Assembly: GCA_051942205.1 (NCBI GenBank)
Contig: JAVECO010000009.1
Location: 186,001-236,574, forward strand
Direction of reading: 5' to 3'
Length of the DNA: 50,574 bases
From: Coniocarpon cinnabarinum
Lineage: Eukaryota
In this document: in pieces, positions 1 to 10,445 of the stretch
How positions within the stretch are numbered: position 1 is the first letter of the stretch
Layout: each line of letters begins with the position of its first letter
Notes under the pieces: model-generated
What the model was told of the DNA's origin: nothing
The model's database searches: none
The model's input: only the letters and a program-made list of their open reading frames with translations
Program-made: the position numbers and the translations under genes

Positions 1-325
1 GAACAGGCTGACATTGTTGCTCTGTGCCAACAATGGCTTTCAAAGCCATCAAGGTTGCTTTGTTCGCCTCTACTATTCTTCCAGTCTCTGTACTGTGCAG
101 CTTCTCTCTCATCAGTTCCCTCCCCACCTTCGTTTCAGTTCTCACATTGTGTGGAGGATACACGCAGCTGTCTTCCAGCGCGCAGGTCGCTTTCTGCGTT
201 CTTCCTTTCTGTTTCATTGTAAATTTCATCCAAGTCAAGTTACATTAGCACAAGCGTTTCATCACGTAAGACGCCGTGCGTCAGCAATTTCAAGCTTTTC
301 AACGCCATTGGAAACATTCGTCACA

Positions 326-2248
326 ATGTCATACGCGAAAGCTGATCCTCAGTTTTCATACTACACCATACCACCAAAACCAACGGCTGATCACGGGCCC
401 AAGCAGATACCTTCTGAACCAACTAAGCCGCATATGGGGGTTAGTCATGAACATCGTCCGCAACGCCATCAAAACCCCTACGCAGACCGACGGAGCCATC
501 ATGCGGAGTACTCACCTTTCCCACTAGAATACAAGACGCGACAGCCCACACCTGAAGTTCAACCGTTCAGCCAAGACAAAATCAAAATACCCTACAGCAC
601 TTACCAGCGAGCCGGGCCACATAATGAGCGTCGTCCTGCCAATCATACTTCCGACGCGCACGACCCGTATACCAGAGAGCAAATGGCCCAGTTGAAGGCC
701 GACCATGCTGCGTTGCGTGCCGAGAGGCAATCTCGACCATCGAGAGGTCGCTCGCCGACTCGTCATGCTGGCAGCTCTGAAGATGATAGTCGCAAACGCA
801 GCGGAAGCTTGACACGTTTCAAGAATTGGCTGGAGAGGAAGCTTACCGGCAGTGAATCAGGCCGAGTGGCACACCCTCCGGCAAGTGCTTCGTCCAGTGC
901 ACGCCCATCAACAGCTAACAGTCAAGCTTCTAGCAAAACCTCATCATCTAAGTTTGGCTCGCACGATTCGAAGAACAGCACTGACGCTAGTTCGATCGCC
1001 ACTGGAAACAGCAGCCATTCGGCAAAGAAAAGCAACACAGCACAGACAACTGGCCAGGTCAACGTGCAACGCCTGCAGGAGCCTCAGCCTGCTTATGTTT
1101 ACGGATCTGATAATCGCAACACTACTTGGTCGAACTTTGTCAATCCTGTCCACCACAAAGCACCACGGACCAACACCGGTAACCCACCGCCAATCCCTTC
1201 TCGACCCACCGATTACGTCCCAACCCCCTTACCTGGAAACCCGAATGCTTTCAGTGCCTCGACGACCGATTTGACCTCTAAAGTTCCTGCACGCAAGCCC
1301 GTTCCCAGTGCTCATCCACCAGCAAAACCTCTACCTTCATCTACGCAAGTGAGTACGCACCCCACGGCCAACCTTGCACCGACTACGAAGCATTCAAAGA
1401 AGCCATCTCTGCTTCAGCAAGTCTCGCATGGTTTACATCGCAGAGACTCTAACGACTCTGATTTCTCATTCGCATGTGCAGGTATCGACGATGAGGCCTA
1501 CAAGCCTTCTTCTCGGAAGCGACAGGAGATAATCTCACGAACTGCGGAGAAGCGACAGGCCGCTCGAGATTCAGACGATAGCGCTAAAATGGACACCGTG
1601 TTCAATGAAGCACAGCGCAAGTATGCAAAGGACGCCGACGAGCGATTGGAGAAGCGCATCCGTGACAGCATTGCTCGCGGGCGTGCTGAGACACCTAGAT
1701 GCGTCGTTTGTGACGTCGACAAGCCCATGGCTGAGAAAGACGTCTGTGTGCTGTGTTTCGACAAGTATCCGGGACTGGTGGAGAAGTATACAAGCGTGGT
1801 CATTGACCAGGACATCTCGTCACTAACCGGTCCATTTCGACCTCAGAGCACGTCAGACACAGACGTCAAAGTCGACTTGACGAGCTACACCGGCCCGTTT
1901 GCTCGTCCTCCTTCCAGCATTTACCCCACTGCTCGTCCGGACAGCGGATACACGAGCGGCAATCCATACTCCGAGGACAGGGAGAAAGTGTTGCCGCCTA
2001 TACCGCCGATGCCACCACTACCGGATCTGTGTAATCTTCCTCAGCTGGACAAAAAACCAGTTGGGTACAAAGGAAGAATGGGCTCAAGCAGACCAAACGT
2101 GACTGCAGGGACAACTGGCGAGCAGCGGAACACTCGCTTCTACGACCAGATTAACGAGGTCCATAGGATGTACGATACAGGCAGTGCACCGCAGACACCG
2201 GCAGTGAATAAGCAGTGGCAGAGTGCTAGGAAGAGTGGAAAGTACTGA
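326..2248 (+). CDS. Hypothetical, mostly disordered Ser/Pro-rich protein (~640 aa) with a C-x2-C-x11-C-x2-C motif
   Basis: Long stop-free ORF. First in-frame ATG at 326 is in good context (ACAATG). Carries PxxP motifs and CVVC...CVLC at 1700-1756. No family recognised. Confidence 0.8.
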   Translation: MSYAKADPQFSYYTIPPKPTADHGPKQIPSEPTKPHMGVSHEHRPQRHQNPYADRRSHHAEYSPFPLEYKTRQPTPEVQPFSQDKIKIPYSTYQRAGPHNERRPANHTSDAHDPYTREQMAQLKADHAALRAERQSRPSRGRSPTRHAGSSEDDSRKRSGSLTRFKNWLERKLTGSESGRVAHPPASASSSARPSTANSQASSKTSSSKFGSHDSKNSTDASSIATGNSSHSAKKSNTAQTTGQVNVQRLQEPQPAYVYGSDNRNTTWSNFVNPVHHKAPRTNTGNPPPIPSRPTDYVPTPLPGNPNAFSASTTDLTSKVPARKPVPSAHPPAKPLPSSTQVSTHPTANLAPTTKHSKKPSLLQQVSHGLHRRDSNDSDFSFACAGIDDEAYKPSSRKRQEIISRTAEKRQAARDSDDSAKMDTVFNEAQRKYAKDADERLEKRIRDSIARGRAETPRCVVCDVDKPMAEKDVCVLCFDKYPGLVEKYTSVVIDQDISSLTGPFRPQSTSDTDVKVDLTSYTGPFARPPSSIYPTARPDSGYTSGNPYSEDREKVLPPIPPMPPLPDLCNLPQLDKKPVGYKGRMGSSRPNVTAGTTGEQRNTRFYDQINEVHRMYDTGSAPQTPAVNKQWQSARKSGKY

Positions 2249-2390
2249 AGGGAATAGGTGGGCCTCTCTGATCCAATAGTGTCTAATACGTAACACGATT
2301 TCAATGTACAGAGTTCCGATGGCTGTGAGTCATACATAAATGAAAATTCACGTCATTGTCAATGTCAAATGTATCTACAAATTCCTGCAC

Positions 2391-3890
2391 TCAGCAGCCA
2401 ACTTTGACTTGATCCATAGCCGCGGCCAACTTCTTTGCACTCTCCTCGCCAATCTTGCCCATCATGCTCTGTCCTCCCTGCTTGCTTAACCACCCTTGCT
2501 CCACTCCTGCCCTATCCGCATCGAACTCTACACCCAGCATCATCTTCGTGATCCAGATCGCCGTTTCGGCATGTAAACTGAGCCCATACGGTCCCCTCGT
2601 CTCCGTCTTGAATTGCTCCTCTTCCACCTTACCTAGATCACTCGCGTCTCTAGCGTTGACACGTCCGCCTAACAGCCCTAGGAACACAACGACTTGATCT
2701 CGCATGTGCGCATCCATATTCATACCGAGCATGCGTGAATCATCTAGGGTTCTCTCGAGATCGGTGACGGCTAACCACGGTGCGCGCTCGCACTGGCTAG
2801 AACTAACACCCTGACCCTTGTTGTTCCAACTGAGACAGGAGTCTTCGCCGAGCCGTGTGCCGTCTGATCCAGCGGCTACGAGGAGTGTGTAGATAGTGTG
2901 GGAGCCTTTCGTTTCCTCAACGGCAGGTATGCTCTCAACGCGGTTGGGAGAGAGGTCGTAGGTGCGTTCTTCGACTGAGGGGGAGCCAACGGCTGAAACA
3001 TGGGCATGAAGGGAGTTGTAAGAGGTGATGTGTTTAGAGCCATTGAGGGAGTTGAGGAGGTGTGATGATACGGCGTCTGAGAGGTTGCTGCGATCATTGT
3101 CAGAGCCGAAGAGGACATGTGCGTGGATTACGATGGAGTCCTTCTCGATAGAACTGCCGACTTCAGACGGAGCGTGAAGACGTTGTGATCGATCGGTCAC
3201 TGGCTGGACTAGGTAGTCGACATTTCCGAAGCTGGTAAATGTATGTTGCTGCTCCTGTAGCGATAACCGCTTGACAGAGTCACTCGGCAGACCGAAAGCC
3301 CTCAAGTTAGGTAGCAGCACATGGTCGATGTAATCGATACTCGGCGAAGAGGTCGTGTGCGTCGCTCCCCTGACGCTCACAACGATCGGCTCGACGGAGT
3401 CACGGAACAGAAAGAACGGCAGCAAAGCTTGCAGGATCAATGTGCTCGCACCAGGCGTGGGCAGATCGACAACGATCCTGCGCACTTTCGTCTCCTGTCC
3501 TCGCAGCTCACACGTCGCCCATTCCAGATCTGCGTCCGATGCCTCTCCCTGTTCAGGTGCGAAGAGCAAGTCCTGGCTCCCCAGCCTAGCGCCAACGACG
3601 TAGGCATTACACGCCTCAGCTAGTGCCTCAACGCACGCAAGGTGCTGGTTCTTGAGACCTCGAGAGCCCGTCCGGTTACCACGGATGTTATCAATGGCGA
3701 CGGACTTGCCTGTGAGGGCAGCGAGGCAGAGAGCAACGCGGAGAAGCTGGCCGCCACCCTCAAGCTTCCGGCCATCGATCTGGAAGTCAGGCTTGATGCC
3801 GCATTTGCGGATGTGGGCTCTGTCTTCTTCGTGGGTGGTCGAGGAACGGTGATGCGGCTTGGGTGAGGATTTGCGATGTGTCTTGCCCAT
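2391..3890 (-). CDS. rtcA: RNA 3'-terminal phosphate cyclase (class I, RtcA-like), divergent
   Basis: IDGRKLEGGGQLLR, NIRGNR..GLKNQHL, SPSIDY, DAHMRDQ and SLHAETA (position of the catalytic His) match RtcA-family motifs. Intronless, 499 aa. Confidence 0.88.
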   Translation of the reverse strand: MGKTHRKSSPKPHHRSSTTHEEDRAHIRKCGIKPDFQIDGRKLEGGGQLLRVALCLAALTGKSVAIDNIRGNRTGSRGLKNQHLACVEALAEACNAYVVGARLGSQDLLFAPEQGEASDADLEWATCELRGQETKVRRIVVDLPTPGASTLILQALLPFFLFRDSVEPIVVSVRGATHTTSSPSIDYIDHVLLPNLRAFGLPSDSVKRLSLQEQQHTFTSFGNVDYLVQPVTDRSQRLHAPSEVGSSIEKDSIVIHAHVLFGSDNDRSNLSDAVSSHLLNSLNGSKHITSYNSLHAHVSAVGSPSVEERTYDLSPNRVESIPAVEETKGSHTIYTLLVAAGSDGTRLGEDSCLSWNNKGQGVSSSQCERAPWLAVTDLERTLDDSRMLGMNMDAHMRDQVVVFLGLLGGRVNARDASDLGKVEEEQFKTETRGPYGLSLHAETAIWITKMMLGVEFDADRAGVEQGWLSKQGGQSMMGKIGEESAKKLAAAMDQVKVGC

Positions 3891-4931
3891 TATGCAAGAA
3901 GGGTACCTACAGTGCCTGCTGACGTTTACTATTATTACAGGAAACAGCGGTCAGAACAGGAAATGACTTCAAAGAGAAAATAGAGACTGTGCGGAAGAAA
4001 GTGTCATGGATAGGTGTTTATAACAGATCATTGCCGTGTTTCACGTTTTGTACTTCCGCGTGCATTTGTTGACACGTGGCGGATGAGTCACTCTGCGTGA
4101 GATATAGTAACCCCGACGTTGAGGTATAACAAACCATTCCGTGGCACCGAAATAGCCATGATAACTAGGACACAACGATCCGAAAGAGAACTTCGCTGCT
4201 TGCAGCCTGAGTGATATCCAGTGTCAAGGAGATGAATGCTGACAGCGTGTCCTGAAAAAGGTGGTCGGCTTCGAGGCCTTGAAATAGAAAAAGACTAGTC
4301 CCCCGGGCCGAGCGGGCCGTGACCAAACCGAGACAGCTTCGACAAGGATTCATAGCGCACATCCTAAGGCCTGTCACTTGCGGGGATCTCCAATCGAATG
4401 CAAAGACATGCCAAGCTCCATTGATCAGGTTGCCACCCTACAAACCTTCAATAGTCTTGTCAATGGTGTGACGCTCTCATAAGATTTTCCCTGGGGAATG
4501 TTTTGACGAGCAAACCACACGACGCCATGTCAAACTGGGTATGGTACTAACATACTAGTCCGTACTGAGTCTAGCGTCACACTTATGCCGATGCTTCTTC
4601 CTAGGTAGCTTCATTATCCCTAAATGCTCTGACTCTCTTCTTCTCCATTATCGTCAGCTGCCATTCGTTGCATTTCGTGACGGGCTTTGCCAATATCCGT
4701 GTCGATCGTGCTAAACAAGTTGCAGTTGCAGAAAACAATTCCAAGGGTACAACCGTTGAGTTCCCAGCTGCAACGTCGTCGAACGTAATCCGCAACGTAC
4801 TCCTCAACACCAGAAGTCAGTAAATTCGCCTCGTAGGCACAGGTGAGCCTTTATTTGCTTGGGAAGAAGAGCCATCGATCTCACAGCCTACGTTGTAGGC
4901 CCCCTCAATCACTAAGACGTTCTCCATAAAA

Positions 4932-4960
4932 CAAGAGCAAGAGCAAGAGCAAGAGCAAGA
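4932..4960 (+). repeat. (CAAGAG)~5 microsatellite
   Basis: Read directly. It is in frame (QEQEQE) with the downstream 5085-5813 ORF. Confidence 0.9.
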
Positions 4961-5084
4961 ATCTGTCCGCCAGTTTCCCGCTATCAACCCCTTCGATGTC
5001 TATTCCCCAGGAAGAACCTTGCCAGTGTTTCGCGTGAATGAAAGTCAGAAGAGCGATGCGATTAAATTCGAAGAAGGCCACTCT

Positions 5085-5813
5085 ATGCCCAACAACCATG
5101 ACATTCCAACAAATCACGGCCCCCTGTCTCACTTGAATGACAACGCCATGGCTGTGCACATGGCCAGCTTGAGTAACCAGCAAATGACTGATGAATCGTT
5201 CATACCTCTCCAAGACTCCACGAGCAACCAAAACGGCAAAACAACGAAGTCTAAACCACGCAAGAAACCCAAACAGAGGAAGATCAAGCGCCTAATGCAA
5301 GAAAGAGGCCTCAGTCGAAAGGAAGCCACGGTATTGCAGATTCAGCTAACAGCCGAGAGAAGTGCTATGCACGAACGCAATCGCCTGACCAAGGCGGAGA
5401 GGAGGGCACGCAACAGGGAAGAAAAGCAGCGCAAGAAACGCGAAGACGAGATCCAAGAGTTGAAACAAGCCGGTCACACCGACCCACAAGTCGAAAACAT
5501 CCTGAAAGAGCGGGATGAAGCGACGCGACAATGGCATGCGGAGAGGACAGCAAAAAATGAGCAGAGAAAGCTGTCGAGAAAGGAGAAGAAAGAGCGGCGA
5601 AGGGCGGAGAGGCAGAACAAGGAGGGAAACATGCAGATAGAGGGTCCGCTACAGCAGAAGCGGCGCACGCAGAGGAAGAAGAAGCACGAAAAAGCTCAAA
5701 AGAGTGAGCCGGAGGGTGCCATGGAGGGGGTTGTGCAGCAACCTTTGAAGATGGAAGAGGCATATCAGGGCCTTGGGGCGGGTTTGGAGAGTATCAAGCT
5801 CTCTGAGCTCTGA
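5085..5813 (+). CDS. Hypothetical Lys/Arg/Glu-rich coiled-coil protein, possibly nuclear or nucleolar
   Basis: Frame is open from 4899 to 5813, first ATG at 5085. Highly charged helical composition with NLS-like KPRKKPKQRK. The 5' end is uncertain. Confidence 0.65.
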   Translation: MPNNHDIPTNHGPLSHLNDNAMAVHMASLSNQQMTDESFIPLQDSTSNQNGKTTKSKPRKKPKQRKIKRLMQERGLSRKEATVLQIQLTAERSAMHERNRLTKAERRARNREEKQRKKREDEIQELKQAGHTDPQVENILKERDEATRQWHAERTAKNEQRKLSRKEKKERRRAERQNKEGNMQIEGPLQQKRRTQRKKKHEKAQKSEPEGAMEGVVQQPLKMEEAYQGLGAGLESIKLSEL

Positions 5814-6679
5814 AAATGGCGGTACATTGAATAGATAGTAATGAATGATAAGATTTACGATTTGATATTTGTGTGCTGATATCCGGCATGCTCGTAATGC
5901 GTGAAAATAGTACTATAGTGACTGCCGCGTTCTGAATTTCATTTTGTGAGTGATGGCAGGTATTACTTGGAATTGAGGCTTTGTGGCCTTTTGTTTTGAA
6001 ATCTTGCGACTCTCGAATACAGTACTCTCATACCTGTCGTATTCTGATGTTAACGTTATGATTGACGATGTGTAGGACTTGCAATTGAAAATCTGCATGT
6101 CCTCGTACTGGGTACTTGTGATACTTGTAGATACAATACTCCAACAGCTACGAAGTGGTGACTTGGACGAAAAGATGAACAACCAGAGATACTTATCACT
6201 TTTCTTGAGCTTTGATACACTGGACAGTCGTAGGACTCCAGTGTAGTACTTTAAAAGCCACGACTTCTTGATTTTGTCCGTATAAATCGGAGAAACAAAC
6301 ACAAACGATAAAGGATTCGGGCATTGACGGACTGAAAGCGAGTAACGCCTGTGCAAAGTACTCGGAGAACTTCGTACCCGATATTGGGACAATGTCATCA
6401 GAAAGAAAACAGGATTCAGAATGGAGAATCGAGAGGCCGTGGTACTGAAGACTTACCACATTCAAGAGAAGTAGCCCGACAGCTATGTCTCCTTCTCAAG
6501 CCTGCTCCGTCACCGTAAGCTTACAAACCCCACAGTACCAACGCAGCATTCACGCTAAAGCATCCATTGGCAACCAAACATTCATTCCCTAACCAAAAAG
6601 TCTATACCAGACAACAAGAAAAGCCCTCTCTTCCACATTCTCACACGGAGAATCGCATTAACCCCCGTCACTCACAGTC

Positions 6680-7901
6680 CTACAGACGTGCAGCCAAAAC
6701 ACTAACACCCAAAAGCGCACAAACCATGATTCCCACATCCGCTCTTATGTTAGTCGCACTCCCCTTCCAAGAATGCGGACTCGGCGACGGAGACGCAGGA
6801 GTACATCCCTCACCCATACCCATACCAGAGCCACTGCCCATCTCTCCGCTCATCTCGCCAGAACACGGGGATTCCGCGCTTCCACTGCGTGCAGCGGTGG
6901 GTGCTGCAGCTGGACCAGCTCCACCATTCTTCGGCGCATTGCTGACTTCGACCGTCGAAGCAGCGACGCACGCGCCATTGGAGGCTGTCATACTTTCAGG
7001 ACAGATGGTCGTGGACGCGACTTTGGAGCCGTGGTGTGACGATGACGTGGGACTGTAGGGTGCTGGTGCGGCGGCGGGGGCATTAGCGGGTGCTGAGGGA
7101 GCTGGTGCACTTCCTGAGCCTGAGCCTGAGCCTGGCGCTGGAGCGGGCGCAGGTGCTGAGGATCCCCTGGAGCCCCCGGAGCCAGGTGCGGGTGCAGAAC
7201 CAGAAGATCCAGCTTCCGGCGGTGAGGAACCTGCTGGAGGAGCGGGTGCAGGTGCGGCAGGAGAGCCGGACGAGGGCATTGGAGCAGGCGCTGGAGACCC
7301 TGATTCCATTGGTGAGGAGGCCGCCGGAGCAGGTGAGCCAGGCGCTGGTGACGGCGCTGGAGAACCAGGTGCCGGAGCTGTCGACCCCGGTGCAGGTGCT
7401 GGTGCAGGCGCAGGACCTGTAAAGCCCGGCGGCATCGAAGAGTATGTACCCATCATTGTCACCGGCTTCTCACACGCAGTACAAGTGACAGTTGCCGTCG
7501 TCCAAGGAGCAGGCATGCCTCCTGAAGGACCCGAAAAAGAGGGCTTAGCACCGGTACAGGATTCCGTGACGGTGACAGTAGCTTCCGTCATGTAATTTGA
7601 ATCAGAAGCGGAGGCGCAGGGAAGTGTGACTGTTGTGGTCCATTCTGACATGTGTGTCGTGGCGGGTGTGCCGGCTGCTGGAGTGGAAGACATCTCACAT
7701 TCGTGGCAGGATTCGGTGACTGTGGCCTCGCTAGCAGATGTGGAGGTGGTGCAAGAGCTGTATGTTATCGTTGAGACAACTGGGCTGTGACGAAGTCAAA
7801 TAAAGTCGATGACGCCTGGAAGAACAGCGAGCAACTCACGTTGGGCTCTGTGCCGCTGCGTAGACGGCCCATCCCAGGGCAAGGATGGCTTTGGGACTCA
7901 T
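6680..7901 (-). CDS. GPI-anchored Pro/Ala/Ser/Thr-rich cell-wall protein (388 aa, 1 intron)
   Basis: Exon 1 (7901-7840) encodes signal peptide MSPKAILALGWAVYAAAQ. Intron 7839-7785 (GTGAGT..CAG) joins in frame to the 337-aa ORF. Has TVT/CxxC repeats, PAPAP repeats and a hydrophobic GPI-type tail (WKGSAT..IMVCALLGVSVLAARL). Confidence 0.88.
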
Positions 7902-8555
7902 CCTGTCCTTGAGAATCCCCTTAACCAATTTTCACACGAGATCTCTGGGCCTTTTAAATAGTGTGTCAGAAGCGAATGAATTGATGCGTGCCTGAATTAA
8001 AAATGCTTTATAGAATGTTGAAGTCCAGACGCTGGTATCAGATGCTGAGCAGTTGTGAATGAATGACTGACTTTGTTTAGTAGAGTTAGATTTGGCAGGC
8101 CGACCAGAATGACGGTGGCAGGGAAACGGAGGTCCGCATGCAGTGTAGAGGACTTATAGGGGAGACGGCGAATGCGGATAAGAGCTGTTTACAGTGGGTC
8201 CTACTGGAATGCAAGTGTGTTTTGCGCATTCTTGGCCAGTTGTTGTCCAAAACATTTGGCTTGCGTGGTCTGCATTCCTCACACGCACGTGTAAAATTGA
8301 CAACGCGTTCGTCCGCTCATGCATGATTCTCAGCTGGCGTACCTGCTCGTGGTTGATGCCCGCTCGTCTGCTCGATTAAGAAGCATGACAGTATGCGTTG
8401 CATTTTTCAGCCCACGATTGAGAGAAGCTTAGCGATGAAGATTGCTCCACCTGGCGTGCTGCAGAAAACACCAGATATTCGCCAGCTGAAGGTGGTATTG
8501 CCTCCGATCGTGGAAAAGCTGAACACAGGGAAATCTTCAAAGGAGCCAGAGCGAA

Positions 8556-9221
8556 TCAAGGCGCTGTCTTAATTTCTTCAACGATTTTGCGAGTACCCTC
8601 TACGATAATTTCATGTTCAATATTATGAAAACGTTGCTCAAAAGATTCCTTTTCTTCGTTTTGCTGAAAAGGTATCTCGCGCATTACAATGGGTGCACCC
8701 ATGTCGACCTCAGCAATGACGCGATGGATCATACATCCAGTACGACTAATTTTACCGGCCTGCCAGTCCGCCCAGGCTCGGTCAATGGCATCTGTACCAT
8801 TGTATTCACCAGGCAACGCCGGATGCAGATTGATCAGTTTGACATTTGCCTGGCTCAGCGGTGTTAGGAAATGTGAGGAGACAATATGCATCCAGCCAGC
8901 CATGATGACGATGTCAGGCTTGTCATGTAAGATCATCGAAGCCAGGTCGGCATCAAATGCCTCACGTGCCGCAGAAGTGGCTGCCTTGGACCCTGCCTCG
9001 GAATTGGGAAACCGCTTGGTGTATCCATTGCTGATCAGGTTAAACACACTGGTCGGTATGGATGCATTTTCAGCACGCTGCAAGCCGTACGCATTTTTGC
9101 GGTTTGATATGACGCGCACAATTTGTGCGTTTGGCAGCAGAGACGAGGAAGCGGTGGTGGCATCAATGAGAGCCTGTAAATTCGTGCCTGAGCCCGAGAT
9201 CAGGACAGTGAGACGTGCCAT
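8556..9221 (-). CDS. ADE8: Phosphoribosylglycinamide formyltransferase
   Basis: VLISGSGTNLQALID, AGWMHIV, INLHPALPG, TGCMIHRV..VDMG and EH motifs of GAR transformylase. Confidence 0.96.
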   Translation of the reverse strand: MARLTVLISGSGTNLQALIDATTASSSLLPNAQIVRVISNRKNAYGLQRAENASIPTSVFNLISNGYTKRFPNSEAGSKAATSAAREAFDADLASMILHDKPDIVIMAGWMHIVSSHFLTPLSQANVKLINLHPALPGEYNGTDAIDRAWADWQAGKISRTGCMIHRVIAEVDMGAPIVMREIPFQQNEEKESFEQRFHNIEHEIIVEGTRKIVEEIKTAP

Positions 9222-10445
9222 GACCTTCTGTAACAGTACTTAGCATGCACTCTCAAGCCATCTGCTTGCCTCGCGGGAGTGGGGGCTTATCTCGAGCTCG
9301 TCCCGGTCACAGGTCTTGAAAGGAAAACCCAAATGACCCCCGGCGTCACCGAGATGCCTGAATACGCATGCACGTAATGCAGTCAAGCAGCAAAAATTGC
9401 ACCTCGCTTCCGCATATGCTGTGTGTGGATAGCAGAATATGCAATCGGCGTAACAAGTGGGGCAGATGCACGCAATGGGTGAGCTCCCAGCTGCTAGGCC
9501 TTCTTGCCTCGTCGATCTTTCTCGTCTCTTCGCTTCTGCCTGCACACGCTCACCACCTTCTCCTTGATGGCAGAGACCAAGCCTGGTGACGTAGGCCGCG
9601 GTATGGAGAGGTCGTTTGCCTTGCTGCCCACGTCATCGGCCGAGGAATGAAGGGTGGGGGCCAACAGGCCTTGGAAACAACCAGGCTGTTCAAAGTGGCC
9701 CGCGACGGGGGGGAAAGAAACAAAGGGCCAACACGAACCGTCCCACACCCGAGCACACACATTCACAAACTCACTCACACACACACCAAGCAAGCGGGAC
9801 GCCCAGCCTTGCAAACAGCTCTTCCCAGTCCAATGGCCGCCGCACTGACGCCGTCTGCTGCAAGGCTCGCTTAGCGAGATCACTCCTATGCCGTCGCAGG
9901 AGGCTGTGTCAAGAGCGAGAAACGTGTGATGTACAGATTGTCAGCAGGCAGGGAGAAAAGCGCAGCTGATGAGCCGCAGTGAGACGGCACGCTCCAGCAC
10001 GCTAGCCCCCTTCGAGCCCCACCGGCTATCCCGCAGCGCCCGATGCGGCAACTAACGTGGGCGATGCTCTTTGCGTCTTGGCCTGCTTGTGTCAGATGGC
10101 AGTCCGAAGCATCAACTCTGTCCACATCCCTCACCTCTGCCAATGGCCCCAAGGACAGTTTGTCCGCCGTCAAAGCGCGCGCCCACCATCAGCATGCGCG
10201 TACTTAAACTGTTGCCCTCCCTCCCCCGGACTGGGGTTCATCCCCCATCCTCACGATTACTCACACTTGACTCAAATCGTATCCTCACCTTCGCTTTCGT
10301 CTCGCCCCACTTGGAGCATTCGCTAGGTTCGCACTATCCTAGGCAACACCGAGCATTCAAAAGGGCCCCGCCAGAGACGTCGCCTGCCTCATTGCCATTG
10401 TTGACTTAGGCCACATCTCCATTGGCCACAGACACCTCATCAACC

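Noticed and set aside
14..325. 104-codon upstream extension of ORF1 and a hydrophobic 74-aa overlapping ORF
   Set aside because: The extension starts at TTG, and the hydrophobicity is explained by CT-rich leader composition. There is no homology cue.
4084..4090. TGAGTCA/TGACTCA (Gcn4/CpcA) sites here and at 10268 and 21783
   Set aside because: A 7-mer is expected several times by chance in 50 kb, and the sites are not clustered.
6241..6248. GTGTAGTA resembling the U2 snRNA branch-pairing region
   Set aside because: The flanks do not match U2 (no CTAAGATCAA before, no TCTGTTC after).
6680..6691. C-terminal ARL of the cell-wall protein as a PTS1
   Set aside because: It is part of a GPI signal on a protein that has a signal peptide.
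9281..9289. GGGGCTTA resembling the RNase MRP 3' conserved region
   Set aside because: There is no matching GAAAGTCCCC upstream, and the RNA would overlap ADE8.
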